Made by a program: the position numbers and the translations under genes. A stretch of 63,349 nt of DNA, counting the filler. It is 9 parts of 9 records of this genome, joined end to end, with 100 filler letters (N's around TTAATTAATTAA, not from the genome) between each part and the next. Parts side by side here need not be neighbours in the genome. Positions count along the whole stretch, not along the records: positions 18,183 to 31,400 come from SRR31156797_33206; 8 more parts are not named here. One strand, 5' to 3'. Below are positions 19,033-29,130 of this stretch, piece after piece. The notes beneath the pieces are model-generated. The model saw nothing but the letters and a program-made list of their open reading frames with translations. It had not been told where the DNA came from and made no database searches. Within the stretch, counting starts at the first letter, position 1. Each line of letters opens with the position of its first letter.

Positions 19033-22000
19033 ATGAAAAAAACTTTTTATGGCCCACTGTGGACATTAACTAATCAAATTTGGCGGATTATGAAAATAAC
19101 AACATTTCTGCTTCTCGTATTTTGCCTACATACCTACGCCGCTTCGTATGGGCAATCACAAAAAATCTCTTTAAAAATGAATTCTTCAGTTGAAGAGGTT
19201 TTTGAGCACCTGGAAAAAATTACAGAGTACCGCTTTGTTGTAAAATCGAACGAAGCAATTTTAAATGAAGTCGTTGATGTTACGGTTGAAGACAAGACCA
19301 TTGAAGAACTTTTGGGGGAGATGCTTGAAAACAGCAATTATACCTACAAAATCATCGACCGTTATATCGCTATTTCTCCTGTTAATGAGAAAGCAAATTC
19401 GGTTATTGATCAACAAAAGGCAGTATCGGGTAATGTAAAAGATGAAAAAGGTGAGCCTCTTCCCGGTGTAACTGTAATTATTAAAGGAACTACCAATGGT
19501 TCGGTAACCGATATCGATGGTAATTTTATCATTCCTAACGTACCGGAGGATGCAACGCTTGTATTTTCTTTTGTTGGAATGAAATCGCAAGAAATTGAGG
19601 TGGCAGGGCAAGTATTAATTAATGTTTCAATGGAACTTGATGCAATTGGACTTGAAGAGGTAATTGCCGTAGGTTACGGTACGCAAAAGAAAGCATCGGT
19701 AACAGGAGCTATTGCACAATTTAGTGCAGAGCAGTTAAACGAACGTCCTGTACAACGTTTAGACCAGGCATTAGTTGGTCAGATGGCAGGTGTGAGGGTA
19801 AAACAAACCAGCGGTATGCCTGGAAAAGGGATGAGTATACAGGTGCGTGGTACCGGATCGATTACAGCCAACAACGAACCTTTATATGTTATTGATGGAT
19901 TCCCGTTGGAGATGTCTGAACAAAGCTCTTCGGGCAAATTCTCAACCGGTAACCCATTGGATAACATTAACCCTAACGACATTGAGTCAATTCAGGTATT
20001 AAAAGATGCAGCAGCAGCAGCCATTTATGGTTCGCGTGCATCAAACGGTGTTGTGCTTATTCAAACCAAAAAAGGGAAAACGGGTAAAGCCCGCATCAAT
20101 TTTAACATGTACACGGGTTGGAACGAGCCAAACCGTAAAATGGATGTATTAAGTACCGACGAATGGATTGACCGTGCCATTGAATGGATGGATGCAAATT
20201 ATATAGCCAAAGATCCGGGAGACCAAAACCGTTCATCTTCCGACGATTACAATACACGTGTTGCAAACATAGGAAGTTTTGACCGGAATCAAATCCCCGA
20301 TTCTGATTGGTACCTTGAAGACTATGGAAAATATGAATCCGTTGACTGGCAAGATGAAATATTTAGAAAAGGATTGGTACAAAACTATCAGTTATCAGCA
20401 GCAGGTGGTACCGAAAGTGTAAAATACTTTGTTTCTGGTGACTACTTGAGTCAGGAAGCTTATTTTAAAAATGTTGATTACGAACGTTTCTCTGTTCGTG
20501 CCAATATTGAAGTAAAACCAAATGATAAAATTACAGCCGGAATTAATATTGCTCCTTCTTTCTCAATGGGCAACGATCCTGGCGTGGAAGGAAAAGACCG
20601 TATACTTCACGTAGCAGTAGGTATGCCACCTATTACAGAAGAGGAAGTTGGATTGGATATCAACGTGGGTGAAAACGGACAACTTACATACGGGAACTCC
20701 AGAAACAGCCCGGTTAGAGTATTGGAAAATACAATTGGTGAAACTAAAATATTTAGAACACTTTCTACCATTTTTGGTCAGTATGAGATTATTCCGGGTT
20801 TGCGTGTTAAGTCAACCATCAACCTGGATCATACTGATCAGAAATACAAATATTACAAACCAGCATGGGTAAGTGGTAAAACAACCTCAAGCCGTGTGGC
20901 AAGTGGGAGTTACAGCGGTTATGTTCGTCAAACCTTTGTAAATGAGAATACCATTTCTTACGACAAAATTATTGCCGAGAATCATAGTATATCTGCAGTT
21001 GCCGGTATATCTTATAACCTGAATAAATTCGAAAATTTTAAAATCAGTTCTACAGGTGGTTTTAATTCGGATTATATCACAACCTTAAATGATGCATCTG
21101 AAATTAAGTCTAGTTCTACATATACCAATGAAACAAAAAGTACCATGCTTTCCTATTTCGGTAGGTTAAACTACAGTTTCCTTGATCGTTATATGATGAC
21201 TGCGAGTATCCGTCGCGATGGTTCTTCTCGTTTTGGAAACGATACAAAATGGGGTATCTTCCCTGCTGCGTCTATAGGTTGGCGTATCTCTGAAGAAAGT
21301 TTCCTTGAAGATGTGGAATGGTTGAGTAACTTAAAAGCGCGTTTTAGCTGGGGTAAGGCAGGTAACAACAGTATTGGAGATTACTCGCACATTGCTTTGC
21401 TTGAATCATCTAACTATTCTTTCGGTGGCAAAAATGGATCTCAGGCTACTGGCTGGTCTCCAAAAGACTACGCTAATCCAAATTTAGGTTGGGAAGAATC
21501 TGAAACACTTAACTATGGGATTGACTTTGGTATTTTTGGGAACCGCCTTTATGGTTCGTTCGAATATTATACAAAAACAAATACCGACTTATTATTGGAC
21601 ATCCCGGTTCCATCTGCAACTGGTTTTACCGAGGCATTAACCAACATAGGAGAAGTATTTAACAGTGGCTGGGAACTTGAACTTAATTCAAGAAACTTAA
21701 CGGGAGCGTTTGAGTGGACTACAAGCTTCAATATCGGACATAACGAGAATGAGGTAAGACAGTTGGGGCCTGAGAACACACCCATTTTAGGAGGTTCTTA
21801 CGATATTCACCATAATATTTTAACAGTTGGAGAAGCGATGTACAGCATCTACGTTGTTGAACAGGACGGAATCCTAACACAATCTGACATTGACAATGGC
21901 GCTGCTCTGTACGGTAACCAAACAGAAGGCGATCCAAAATATGTTGATGCAAATGATGACGGTGTCATTTCTCAAGACGATCGGGTAATTATGGGGCATC

Positions 22001-22491
22001 CTAATCCTGATTTTGTTTGGGGTATTACCAATAACTTCCGCTGGAAAGGTTTTGATTTAAGTATTTTGGTTCAGGGACAACAAGGTGGAACACTTTATTC
22101 CACTTTCGGACGTGCAATTGACCGTACTGGTATGGGATGGTTAGACCAGGCTATCGGGCTTTGGGCAAATCGCTGGAGATCTCCGGAAGATCCTGGAGAT
22201 GGCTTAAAAGGAAAGGTTTATTCAAAATTCGGTCGTATTAAAAATACCGACTGGATGTATTCAAGCGACTACTGGAGAGTTCGTAACATAACGTTGGGAT
22301 ACGATCTTGGACAACACATTACAAGCGATGTATTTAGTGGAATACGAATATACGCCACAGCAGAAAACTGGTTTGGCAAAGACAAATACGATGGAGGTTT
22401 TAATCCTGAAGCGGTAAATACCGGAGGAGATGACTATGGTGGTTCACCACTTGCAAAATCAATGATCTTTGGTGTTAATATTACTTTCTAA
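19033..22491 (+). CDS. susC: SusC-like TonB-dependent transporter with N-terminal signalling (STN) extension
   Basis: PLYVIDG, DIESIQVLKDAAAAAIYGSRASNGV, RRDGSSRF, C-terminal F. Confidence 0.96.
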   Translation: MKKTFYGPLWTLTNQIWRIMKITTFLLLVFCLHTYAASYGQSQKISLKMNSSVEEVFEHLEKITEYRFVVKSNEAILNEVVDVTVEDKTIEELLGEMLENSNYTYKIIDRYIAISPVNEKANSVIDQQKAVSGNVKDEKGEPLPGVTVIIKGTTNGSVTDIDGNFIIPNVPEDATLVFSFVGMKSQEIEVAGQVLINVSMELDAIGLEEVIAVGYGTQKKASVTGAIAQFSAEQLNERPVQRLDQALVGQMAGVRVKQTSGMPGKGMSIQVRGTGSITANNEPLYVIDGFPLEMSEQSSSGKFSTGNPLDNINPNDIESIQVLKDAAAAAIYGSRASNGVVLIQTKKGKTGKARINFNMYTGWNEPNRKMDVLSTDEWIDRAIEWMDANYIAKDPGDQNRSSSDDYNTRVANIGSFDRNQIPDSDWYLEDYGKYESVDWQDEIFRKGLVQNYQLSAAGGTESVKYFVSGDYLSQEAYFKNVDYERFSVRANIEVKPNDKITAGINIAPSFSMGNDPGVEGKDRILHVAVGMPPITEEEVGLDINVGENGQLTYGNSRNSPVRVLENTIGETKIFRTLSTIFGQYEIIPGLRVKSTINLDHTDQKYKYYKPAWVSGKTTSSRVASGSYSGYVRQTFVNENTISYDKIIAENHSISAVAGISYNLNKFENFKISSTGGFNSDYITTLNDASEIKSSSTYTNETKSTMLSYFGRLNYSFLDRYMMTASIRRDGSSRFGNDTKWGIFPAASIGWRISEESFLEDVEWLSNLKARFSWGKAGNNSIGDYSHIALLESSNYSFGGKNGSQATGWSPKDYANPNLGWEESETLNYGIDFGIFGNRLYGSFEYYTKTNTDLLLDIPVPSATGFTEALTNIGEVFNSGWELELNSRNLTGAFEWTTSFNIGHNENEVRQLGPENTPILGGSYDIHHNILTVGEAMYSIYVVEQDGILTQSDIDNGAALYGNQTEGDPKYVDANDDGVISQDDRVIMGHPNPDFVWGITNNFRWKGFDLSILVQGQQGGTLYSTFGRAIDRTGMGWLDQAIGLWANRWRSPEDPGDGLKGKVYSKFGRIKNTDWMYSSDYWRVRNITLGYDLGQHITSDVFSGIRIYATAENWFGKDKYDGGFNPEAVNTGGDDYGGSPLAKSMIFGVNITF

Positions 22492-22506
22492 CAAACTAAA
22501 TTTTAA

Positions 22507-24015
22507 ATGAAAATGAAAAGAATATATTTCCTACTAATATTGTTTATTATCGGGCTTAGTGCCTGTGAAGATAAACTGGACCAGGTACCAATTTCATCGA
22601 TGAGTGCCAGTGGTTTTTATACCAGCGAAGATGGTTTTGAACAAGGAATTAATGGTATTTACCAAGCATTAAGTGCTTATCCCGAGCGTCAGTTTCATTT
22701 ATCTGATGTACGATCGGATAATATCTATGGTGTTGGATCGATGGGTGTTCGTGCACATGAACCTGTAAATAATTTTGCACTTACACTAACCACAAACGAC
22801 TACATGGAAGAAGCATGGGACAGTAATTTTGAGGGGATTATGCGGGCCAATACTATTCTCGATAATTTATCGGAAGAATATGTGGAAGATGATGCTACCA
22901 GAAATCAGTTTGAAGGAGAAGCTAAATTCCTAAGGGCCTTGTTCTATTTCGACCTGGTAAAAGCCTTTGGACCTCTTCCTATTATTGACAAATTAGTAAC
23001 ACCTGAAGAAGCGCTGGAGATTGGCAGAAGCCCTGTGGCCGATGTTTACAACCTGATTGTTAGCGACTTGCAGGATGCTGCACAGTTACTTCCTGATTCT
23101 TATTCTGATTCAGAAATAGGACGTGCAACCTCATATGCTGCAAAAGGAATATTGGCACGTGTACTGCTAACCCGCTCAGGACCTGTACTTCATGCTGATG
23201 GGCCATGCCTGGGAACAGGAGAATACAGTGAAGCACTACGTTTATTGAACGAAGTTATTAGCGGGCCTTTCGAAATGCTTGATGACTATGCCTGGACATT
23301 TGATCTTGATAATGAAAATAATTCTGATATTGTCTTTGATATTCAATATCAAATGGGAGGCTTGGGAATTGGCTGTGCTTACCCCGGAGAATTGGCAGGA
23401 TCTGCCTATTGGCGCTCAGTAGATTATCCCTATTCCATTGGGTTGGAAACTAAAGATGTTTCGTACGATCTGATTAACTCGTATGATACGATTAACGACG
23501 TACGTTTTGCCTTTAATGTACAAATGGGGTATATTGAAGCAACCAACGGACTGTACGTTGAAGATCCTGTAACGATTAAATTCTCACGTCCCGATCCTGC
23601 AACCTGGGGAGCTGACCGTTTTGATTTTGGAATTAACTTCCCAATTCTACGGTTTACCGATATTCTTCTTATGAAAGCAGAATGTATCTTACAGGGAGCC
23701 TCGGGAAGTCAGTCAGAAGTAGACGATATTATAAACAGCGTTCGTACACGTGCGAACCTTGATCCAATTTCAAATGCAACAATGGACGACCTTTTGGAAG
23801 AACGTCGTAAAGAATTCCTGGGAGAAGGCTTACGTTGGCACGACCTGGTAAGAACCGGTAAAGTACTTGACGTAATAAATGCATGGATTCCGGTTGAGGA
23901 TGTTGCCGGTCAAATGAGAGAATCGATCAATGCAGACCATATAATTTATCCTGTTCCAATTGACCAAATGGAAGTAAAAGAGGGTTTATATACCCAAAAT
24001 GCAGGCTACGAATAA
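22507..24015 (+). CDS. susD: SusD/RagB glycan-binding lipoprotein
   Basis: Lipobox LSAC, GEAKFLRALFYF, ERRKEFLGEGLRWHDL, terminal QNAGY. Confidence 0.95.
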   Translation: MKMKRIYFLLILFIIGLSACEDKLDQVPISSMSASGFYTSEDGFEQGINGIYQALSAYPERQFHLSDVRSDNIYGVGSMGVRAHEPVNNFALTLTTNDYMEEAWDSNFEGIMRANTILDNLSEEYVEDDATRNQFEGEAKFLRALFYFDLVKAFGPLPIIDKLVTPEEALEIGRSPVADVYNLIVSDLQDAAQLLPDSYSDSEIGRATSYAAKGILARVLLTRSGPVLHADGPCLGTGEYSEALRLLNEVISGPFEMLDDYAWTFDLDNENNSDIVFDIQYQMGGLGIGCAYPGELAGSAYWRSVDYPYSIGLETKDVSYDLINSYDTINDVRFAFNVQMGYIEATNGLYVEDPVTIKFSRPDPATWGADRFDFGINFPILRFTDILLMKAECILQGASGSQSEVDDIINSVRTRANLDPISNATMDDLLEERRKEFLGEGLRWHDLVRTGKVLDVINAWIPVEDVAGQMRESINADHIIYPVPIDQMEVKEGLYTQNAGYE

Positions 24016-24060
24016 AAATGGTTTGTTCGATTAAGAATAATCTTGGTTAGTTAGTTATCT

Positions 24061-24113
24061 TAGAGGACAGTTTAGTAATGTACAAATACAGGGCTATCCT
24101 GTCCTCTTCTTTT
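24061..24113 (+). terminator. Stem-loop between susD and the enzyme genes (terminator or mRNA-stabilising)
   Basis: AGAGGACAG...CTGTCCTCT inverted repeat followed by TCTTTT. Confidence 0.45.
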
Positions 24114-24125
24114 AAACAAAAAAAA

Positions 24126-26963
24126 ATGAAACTTTTAACAACATCCTTTTCCGCTGTTTTATTATTAGTCATAATTTTTTGCAATTCCTGCCAGCAACAA
24201 ACCGTTCCGCAATGGCCCGGGCAAACCAACGAAACCAAACCCTGGACCCGTTGGTGGTGGCACGGTAGCGCTGTTGACAAATCCAACATAACGGCAAATC
24301 TCGAACAATTAGCCAAGGCAGGTTTTGGCGGTGTAGAAATAACCCCTATTTATGACGTAAAAGGGGATGAAGACAAATCCATATCGTTTCAATCGAAGAA
24401 ATGGATGGAAATGTTTGAACATACCTTAAAAGAATCGCAACGATTAGGATTGGGTGTTGATTTAGCCAACGCATCAGGTTGGCCTTTTGGTGGCCCCTGG
24501 ATTGATGCAGAACATGCAAGTAAAAATGTTCAGTATAAAAAGTATACGCTTAAAACCGGCGAACAACTAAACGAAAGGATCGAGTTTATCCAGCCATCAA
24601 TGGTGCGTGCGGTAAACAAAAAAGTCGATATCTCGGAAATTAAGTTTCCCATTAGTAGCAACAGCAATTTGCAGAAACTGGCACTTGATCAGGTTCGTTT
24701 TGAAAAAGCTCTGCCTTTGCAAACACTTATGGCGTATAACAACAAAGGCGAATCTTTAGATTTAACCAGTTTCGTTAACGCAAACGGCATCTTAGAATGG
24801 ATCGCTCCTCAAGGTACCTGGGATTTATACGCTGTATTCCAGGGATGGCATGGAAAAATGGTTGAACGTGCCGGAACCGGAGGAGAAGGAAACGTTATCG
24901 ATCATTTTTCGGAGGAAGCAACCCGCTTGTTTCTTTCTGATTTTGACAAAAACGCCAAAGAAATTGATTTAACCGGTCTTCGTGCTTTTTTTAACGATTC
25001 TTACGAGGTGGATGATGCACGTGGAGATGCAAACTGGACCCCTCTGTTTTTTGAAGAATTTAAGCAACGCAGAGGATACGATTTAAAAAACCACTTAGCA
25101 GCTTTGTTCGGAAATGCTGATGATGAAAACAATAAACGTGTATTATGCGATTATCGTGAGACCTTATCTGATTTAATTCTGGAAAACTTTACAAATGTTT
25201 GGGCGAATTGGGCCGAATCACACAATGCTACAATTCGAAATCAAGCTCACGGTTCTCCGGCTGCAATTCTCGATTTATACGAAGCCAGTCACATCCCGGA
25301 AACGGAAGGAACCGACCCCATGCGTATAAAAATGGCCACATCTGCCGGACATACTTCCGGAAAACCGCTGATCGCATGTGAAGCTGCCACCTGGTTAAAC
25401 GAACATTTCTTAACAAACCTGGCCAACGTAAAACAAAACGCCGACATATACCTTACGCATGGTGTAAACCATATTGTTTACCACGGAACCCCCTATTCTC
25501 CTATTGACGAGAAATGGCCGGGTTGGATGTTTTATGCAGCCGTTCATTTTGCCCCAACCAATACCTGGTGGGAAGAGCTAAAAACGGTTAACCAATATGT
25601 TGCAAATTGCCAATCGTTTTTGCAGAATGCAACACCCGAAAACGATATTCTACTTTATTTCCCTATTTACGACGCCTGGTCTGAACGAACACGCGAACAC
25701 CTTCCCCACTTTGGAATGCACACCGAAGAACTTACAAAAGAAATCAGTTATGCGTTACTGGAACAAGGCTATACCTTCGACTACATCTCCGACAAACAAA
25801 TTTCCAACCTTAAATTTGAAAACGGAAAAATAAAAGCTCAGGGTGCATCTTACAAAACAATTTTGGTTCCTGAATGCGATTACCTGTCATTGGCCACATT
25901 CAATAATTTGATGGAACTGGCCATGTCCGGAGCAAATATCATTTTCCAAGATCAAATTCCGGCTAAAGTACCCGGCTTAAACAACCATAAAGAACAGGAA
26001 AATGAGTTAAAAGAAACTTTAAAAACCTTACAGTTCCACAATCAAGAGACAATAAAGGTTGCGAAACATGGAAAAGGTAACATCTTTACGGGAGAAGATG
26101 TTTCGAAACTACTAATGGAAACAAAAGTATACCCGGAAGAATTGTCAAAAGCAGGCCTGTGGTTTAACCGGGTAAGCAGAACCGAAGGTAGCTGTTATTT
26201 TATCAGCAATTGGACTACCGAAAACATTGACCGCTGGGTAACCATAAACAATTTGGAACAAGATGCGGTTTGGTTTAATCCGATGGATAAAACGTTAGGT
26301 AAGGCTTTATTCAGAAAAGAAAATAAAACAACAAAAGTGTACCTTCAATTAAAACCGGGAGAAACCCTGATCCTTCAAAGTTATGCAACACCAGTGAAGG
26401 CTTCGGCTTATCCGGTTTGGGAAACTTCTAATATAAAGAAAGAAATAAACAGCTCCTGGGAAATCGTTTTTGAAAAAGGTGGACCTACACTACCTGAATC
26501 TTATAAAACAGAAAAGTTAGTGTCATGGACCGAAGTTTCAGAAGAATTGCAAAAATTTTCGGGAACAGCTGTCTACAAGACCAGTTTTGATTTACCAGCC
26601 GATTCTGAAAAAAATTACCTCCTTGATCTAGGTGTTGTGCACGAATCAGCCGTAATACTATTAAACGGAAAAGAATTAAAAACTTTAGTGGGACCAAAAT
26701 TTCAAATTATATTACCCGGCAGCCTTCTTGAAACTACTAATACACTAGAGGTGAAAGTAACCAATTTAATGGCTAACCGAATTATTGATATGGATAAAAA
26801 TGAAATAAACTATAAGAAATTCTATAACATCAATTTTGCAGCTCATAAAATAGAAAATCGTGGCCCGGACGGCAACTTTACAGCAGTACACTGGCAACCT
26901 TTGCCATCAGGTTTGCTTGGTCCGGTTACCATTACAGAAATAATCAAAAAAGAAATTCAATAA
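24126..26963 (+). CDS. Glycoside hydrolase family 106 (alpha-L-rhamnosidase)
   Basis: KPWTRWWWHG, GFGGVEITP, GWPFGGPW, FFNDSYE motifs. Confidence 0.88.
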   Translation: MKLLTTSFSAVLLLVIIFCNSCQQQTVPQWPGQTNETKPWTRWWWHGSAVDKSNITANLEQLAKAGFGGVEITPIYDVKGDEDKSISFQSKKWMEMFEHTLKESQRLGLGVDLANASGWPFGGPWIDAEHASKNVQYKKYTLKTGEQLNERIEFIQPSMVRAVNKKVDISEIKFPISSNSNLQKLALDQVRFEKALPLQTLMAYNNKGESLDLTSFVNANGILEWIAPQGTWDLYAVFQGWHGKMVERAGTGGEGNVIDHFSEEATRLFLSDFDKNAKEIDLTGLRAFFNDSYEVDDARGDANWTPLFFEEFKQRRGYDLKNHLAALFGNADDENNKRVLCDYRETLSDLILENFTNVWANWAESHNATIRNQAHGSPAAILDLYEASHIPETEGTDPMRIKMATSAGHTSGKPLIACEAATWLNEHFLTNLANVKQNADIYLTHGVNHIVYHGTPYSPIDEKWPGWMFYAAVHFAPTNTWWEELKTVNQYVANCQSFLQNATPENDILLYFPIYDAWSERTREHLPHFGMHTEELTKEISYALLEQGYTFDYISDKQISNLKFENGKIKAQGASYKTILVPECDYLSLATFNNLMELAMSGANIIFQDQIPAKVPGLNNHKEQENELKETLKTLQFHNQETIKVAKHGKGNIFTGEDVSKLLMETKVYPEELSKAGLWFNRVSRTEGSCYFISNWTTENIDRWVTINNLEQDAVWFNPMDKTLGKALFRKENKTTKVYLQLKPGETLILQSYATPVKASAYPVWETSNIKKEINSSWEIVFEKGGPTLPESYKTEKLVSWTEVSEELQKFSGTAVYKTSFDLPADSEKNYLLDLGVVHESAVILLNGKELKTLVGPKFQIILPGSLLETTNTLEVKVTNLMANRIIDMDKNEINYKKFYNINFAAHKIENRGPDGNFTAVHWQPLPSGLLGPVTITEIIKKEIQ

Positions 26964-26973
26964 ACCCATTTCA

Positions 26974-29109
26974 ATGAAAATTTTATCAGGCTTTTTGCTA
27001 CTCCTAGTTACTTTTTTGTCGTGCACCGTTCGGGAAAAAGACAATGCAATCGACCGGGAAGCACTGGTTATGCGAAACAATGTAGTAATAGAAAAATTCG
27101 ATCCGCTGGCATCGCTTAGTGTTGGAAACGGAGAATTTGCATTTACCACAGACATTACCGGATTGCAAACATTTTATAAAGAATACCACGATGGTGTACC
27201 TCTGGGGACACAATCAAATTGGGGCTGGCACACCATTCCCAATACCGAAAACTTTAAAATGTCGGAAACACTAAAATATTTTGAAGTTGAAGGAAGACAG
27301 GTTCCCTATCGCCACCAAATAAAGGGTGATGCAAGAAAACAGGCAGCATGTAATTATTTCCGGGAGAATCCGCACCGTATGCATTTGGGGATAATTGGTT
27401 TTGTCCTCACCAAAGAGAACGGTGAAAAAGCAGCGATTCAGGACATTAAAAATGTTCACCATAAATTGGATATGTGGACCGGTAAAATCTCAAGCAGTTT
27501 TGAGTTTGAAAACCAACCGGTAAAAGTTGAAGTATATTGTCATCAAACGCAAGACCAGGTTTCAGCAAAAATTGAGTCTCCTCTCATTGCCTCAGGGAAA
27601 TTAGCGGTAAAATGGCAATTCCCTTATGGAGCACCTATTCATTGTCATCCTGGTTATGATTTTGAATCTCCGGAGAAACACCAGACCGAACTAATTTCAG
27701 GAGAAAACACTGCATTGTTTAACCGTCAGTTGGACAACGACAAATATCAGGTTGCTGTAAACTGGCAAGGCAATGCCTCTTTTAAAAAGAATGCAAAACA
27801 TGAATATGTTCTTCAGCCAGAATCGGGAGAATCGTTGGAATTCAACTGCTTGTTTGCACCGAACACCAACCAAAGTCAACCTAAAAGTTTTGCGGAAACC
27901 CAAACAAATAATGCCGAAACCTGGAAATCATTCTGGGGAAATGGTGGCATAGTCGATTTTTCAGCTTGTACCGATCCACGAGCAAAAGAACTGGAACGCC
28001 GAACTGTACTTTCGCAATACTTAACTAAAATTCAAAGCTCCGGCTCGCTTCCACCGCAGGAAACCGGACTTACTTACAACAGCTGGTTTGGAAAATACCA
28101 CATGGAAATGCACTGGTGGCACATTGCACATTTTGCCCAATGGCAACGCGAACAATACATGGAAAAGCAGTTGGATTTCTACAACGAAATGTACAACAAA
28201 GCCCGTGAGACTGCCCAAGACCAAGGATACAAAGGTGTGCGCTGGCAAAAAATGCAGGGGCCAAACCACGAAAATAGTCCTTCTTCGGTTGGTTCGTATT
28301 TAATCTGGCAACAACCGCACATCATCTGGTTTGCCGAACAAATGTACCGTCAAAATCCAACGGAAGAAGTGCTCAACAAATACAAAAAGCTGGTTTTTGA
28401 AACAGCTGAATTTATGGCCGACTTTCCAACCTGGAACGAAGAATTAAAACGATATGACCTGGCACCACCATTAATTCCTGCACAGGAACACTGGCAACGC
28501 GAAACAACTACTAATCCGCCATTTGAACTGGCTTATTGGTACTGGGGATTAACTACCGCGCAAAACTGGAAAGAACGTCTACAGGAAGAAAAAGTAGATG
28601 AATGGGAACAAGTTCGTTTAAAACTTGCAGCTCCAGACCAGGCAGATAGTGTTTACCTTGGAATTCAAGGGGCCACTGAATCGTATACCGACTCTGAGCT
28701 TATGAGAGACCATCCTGTTGTTCTTGGCGCGTATGGTATTTTGCCCGACTGGGATAAAATCGATCCGGAAATTATGCGAAACACCATGCATATAATTGCA
28801 GAAAGATGGAACTGGCCCGAAACCTGGGGGTGGGATTACCCTATGGCGGCCATGGCGGCAACTCGCCTTGACGAACCGGAAATGGCCCTTGAGTTTCTTT
28901 TAAAAGATGTACTAAAAAACACCTACCTCAAAAACGGACATAACTATCAAGGAGAACGACTTCGTTGCTACATGCCTGGCAACGGAGGTTTGTTAACTAC
29001 CATAGGGATGATGTGTGCTGGTTATGATGGATGTACAACCGAAAACCCGGGCTTTCCAAAAGATGGGAAATGGGATGTAAAATGGGAAAACATTTCTCCG
29101 GTATTTTAA
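26974..29109 (+). CDS. Six-hairpin glycosidase-like lipoprotein, family not assigned
   Basis: Lipobox FLSC; LSVGNG N-terminus, PPQETGL..NSWFGKYHMEM, WGWDYP; PUL context. Confidence 0.6.
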   Translation: MKILSGFLLLLVTFLSCTVREKDNAIDREALVMRNNVVIEKFDPLASLSVGNGEFAFTTDITGLQTFYKEYHDGVPLGTQSNWGWHTIPNTENFKMSETLKYFEVEGRQVPYRHQIKGDARKQAACNYFRENPHRMHLGIIGFVLTKENGEKAAIQDIKNVHHKLDMWTGKISSSFEFENQPVKVEVYCHQTQDQVSAKIESPLIASGKLAVKWQFPYGAPIHCHPGYDFESPEKHQTELISGENTALFNRQLDNDKYQVAVNWQGNASFKKNAKHEYVLQPESGESLEFNCLFAPNTNQSQPKSFAETQTNNAETWKSFWGNGGIVDFSACTDPRAKELERRTVLSQYLTKIQSSGSLPPQETGLTYNSWFGKYHMEMHWWHIAHFAQWQREQYMEKQLDFYNEMYNKARETAQDQGYKGVRWQKMQGPNHENSPSSVGSYLIWQQPHIIWFAEQMYRQNPTEEVLNKYKKLVFETAEFMADFPTWNEELKRYDLAPPLIPAQEHWQRETTTNPPFELAYWYWGLTTAQNWKERLQEEKVDEWEQVRLKLAAPDQADSVYLGIQGATESYTDSELMRDHPVVLGAYGILPDWDKIDPEIMRNTMHIIAERWNWPETWGWDYPMAAMAATRLDEPEMALEFLLKDVLKNTYLKNGHNYQGERLRCYMPGNGGLLTTIGMMCAGYDGCTTENPGFPKDGKWDVKWENISPVF

Positions 29110-29130
29110 AATTCGACAAAAATCAACAAC

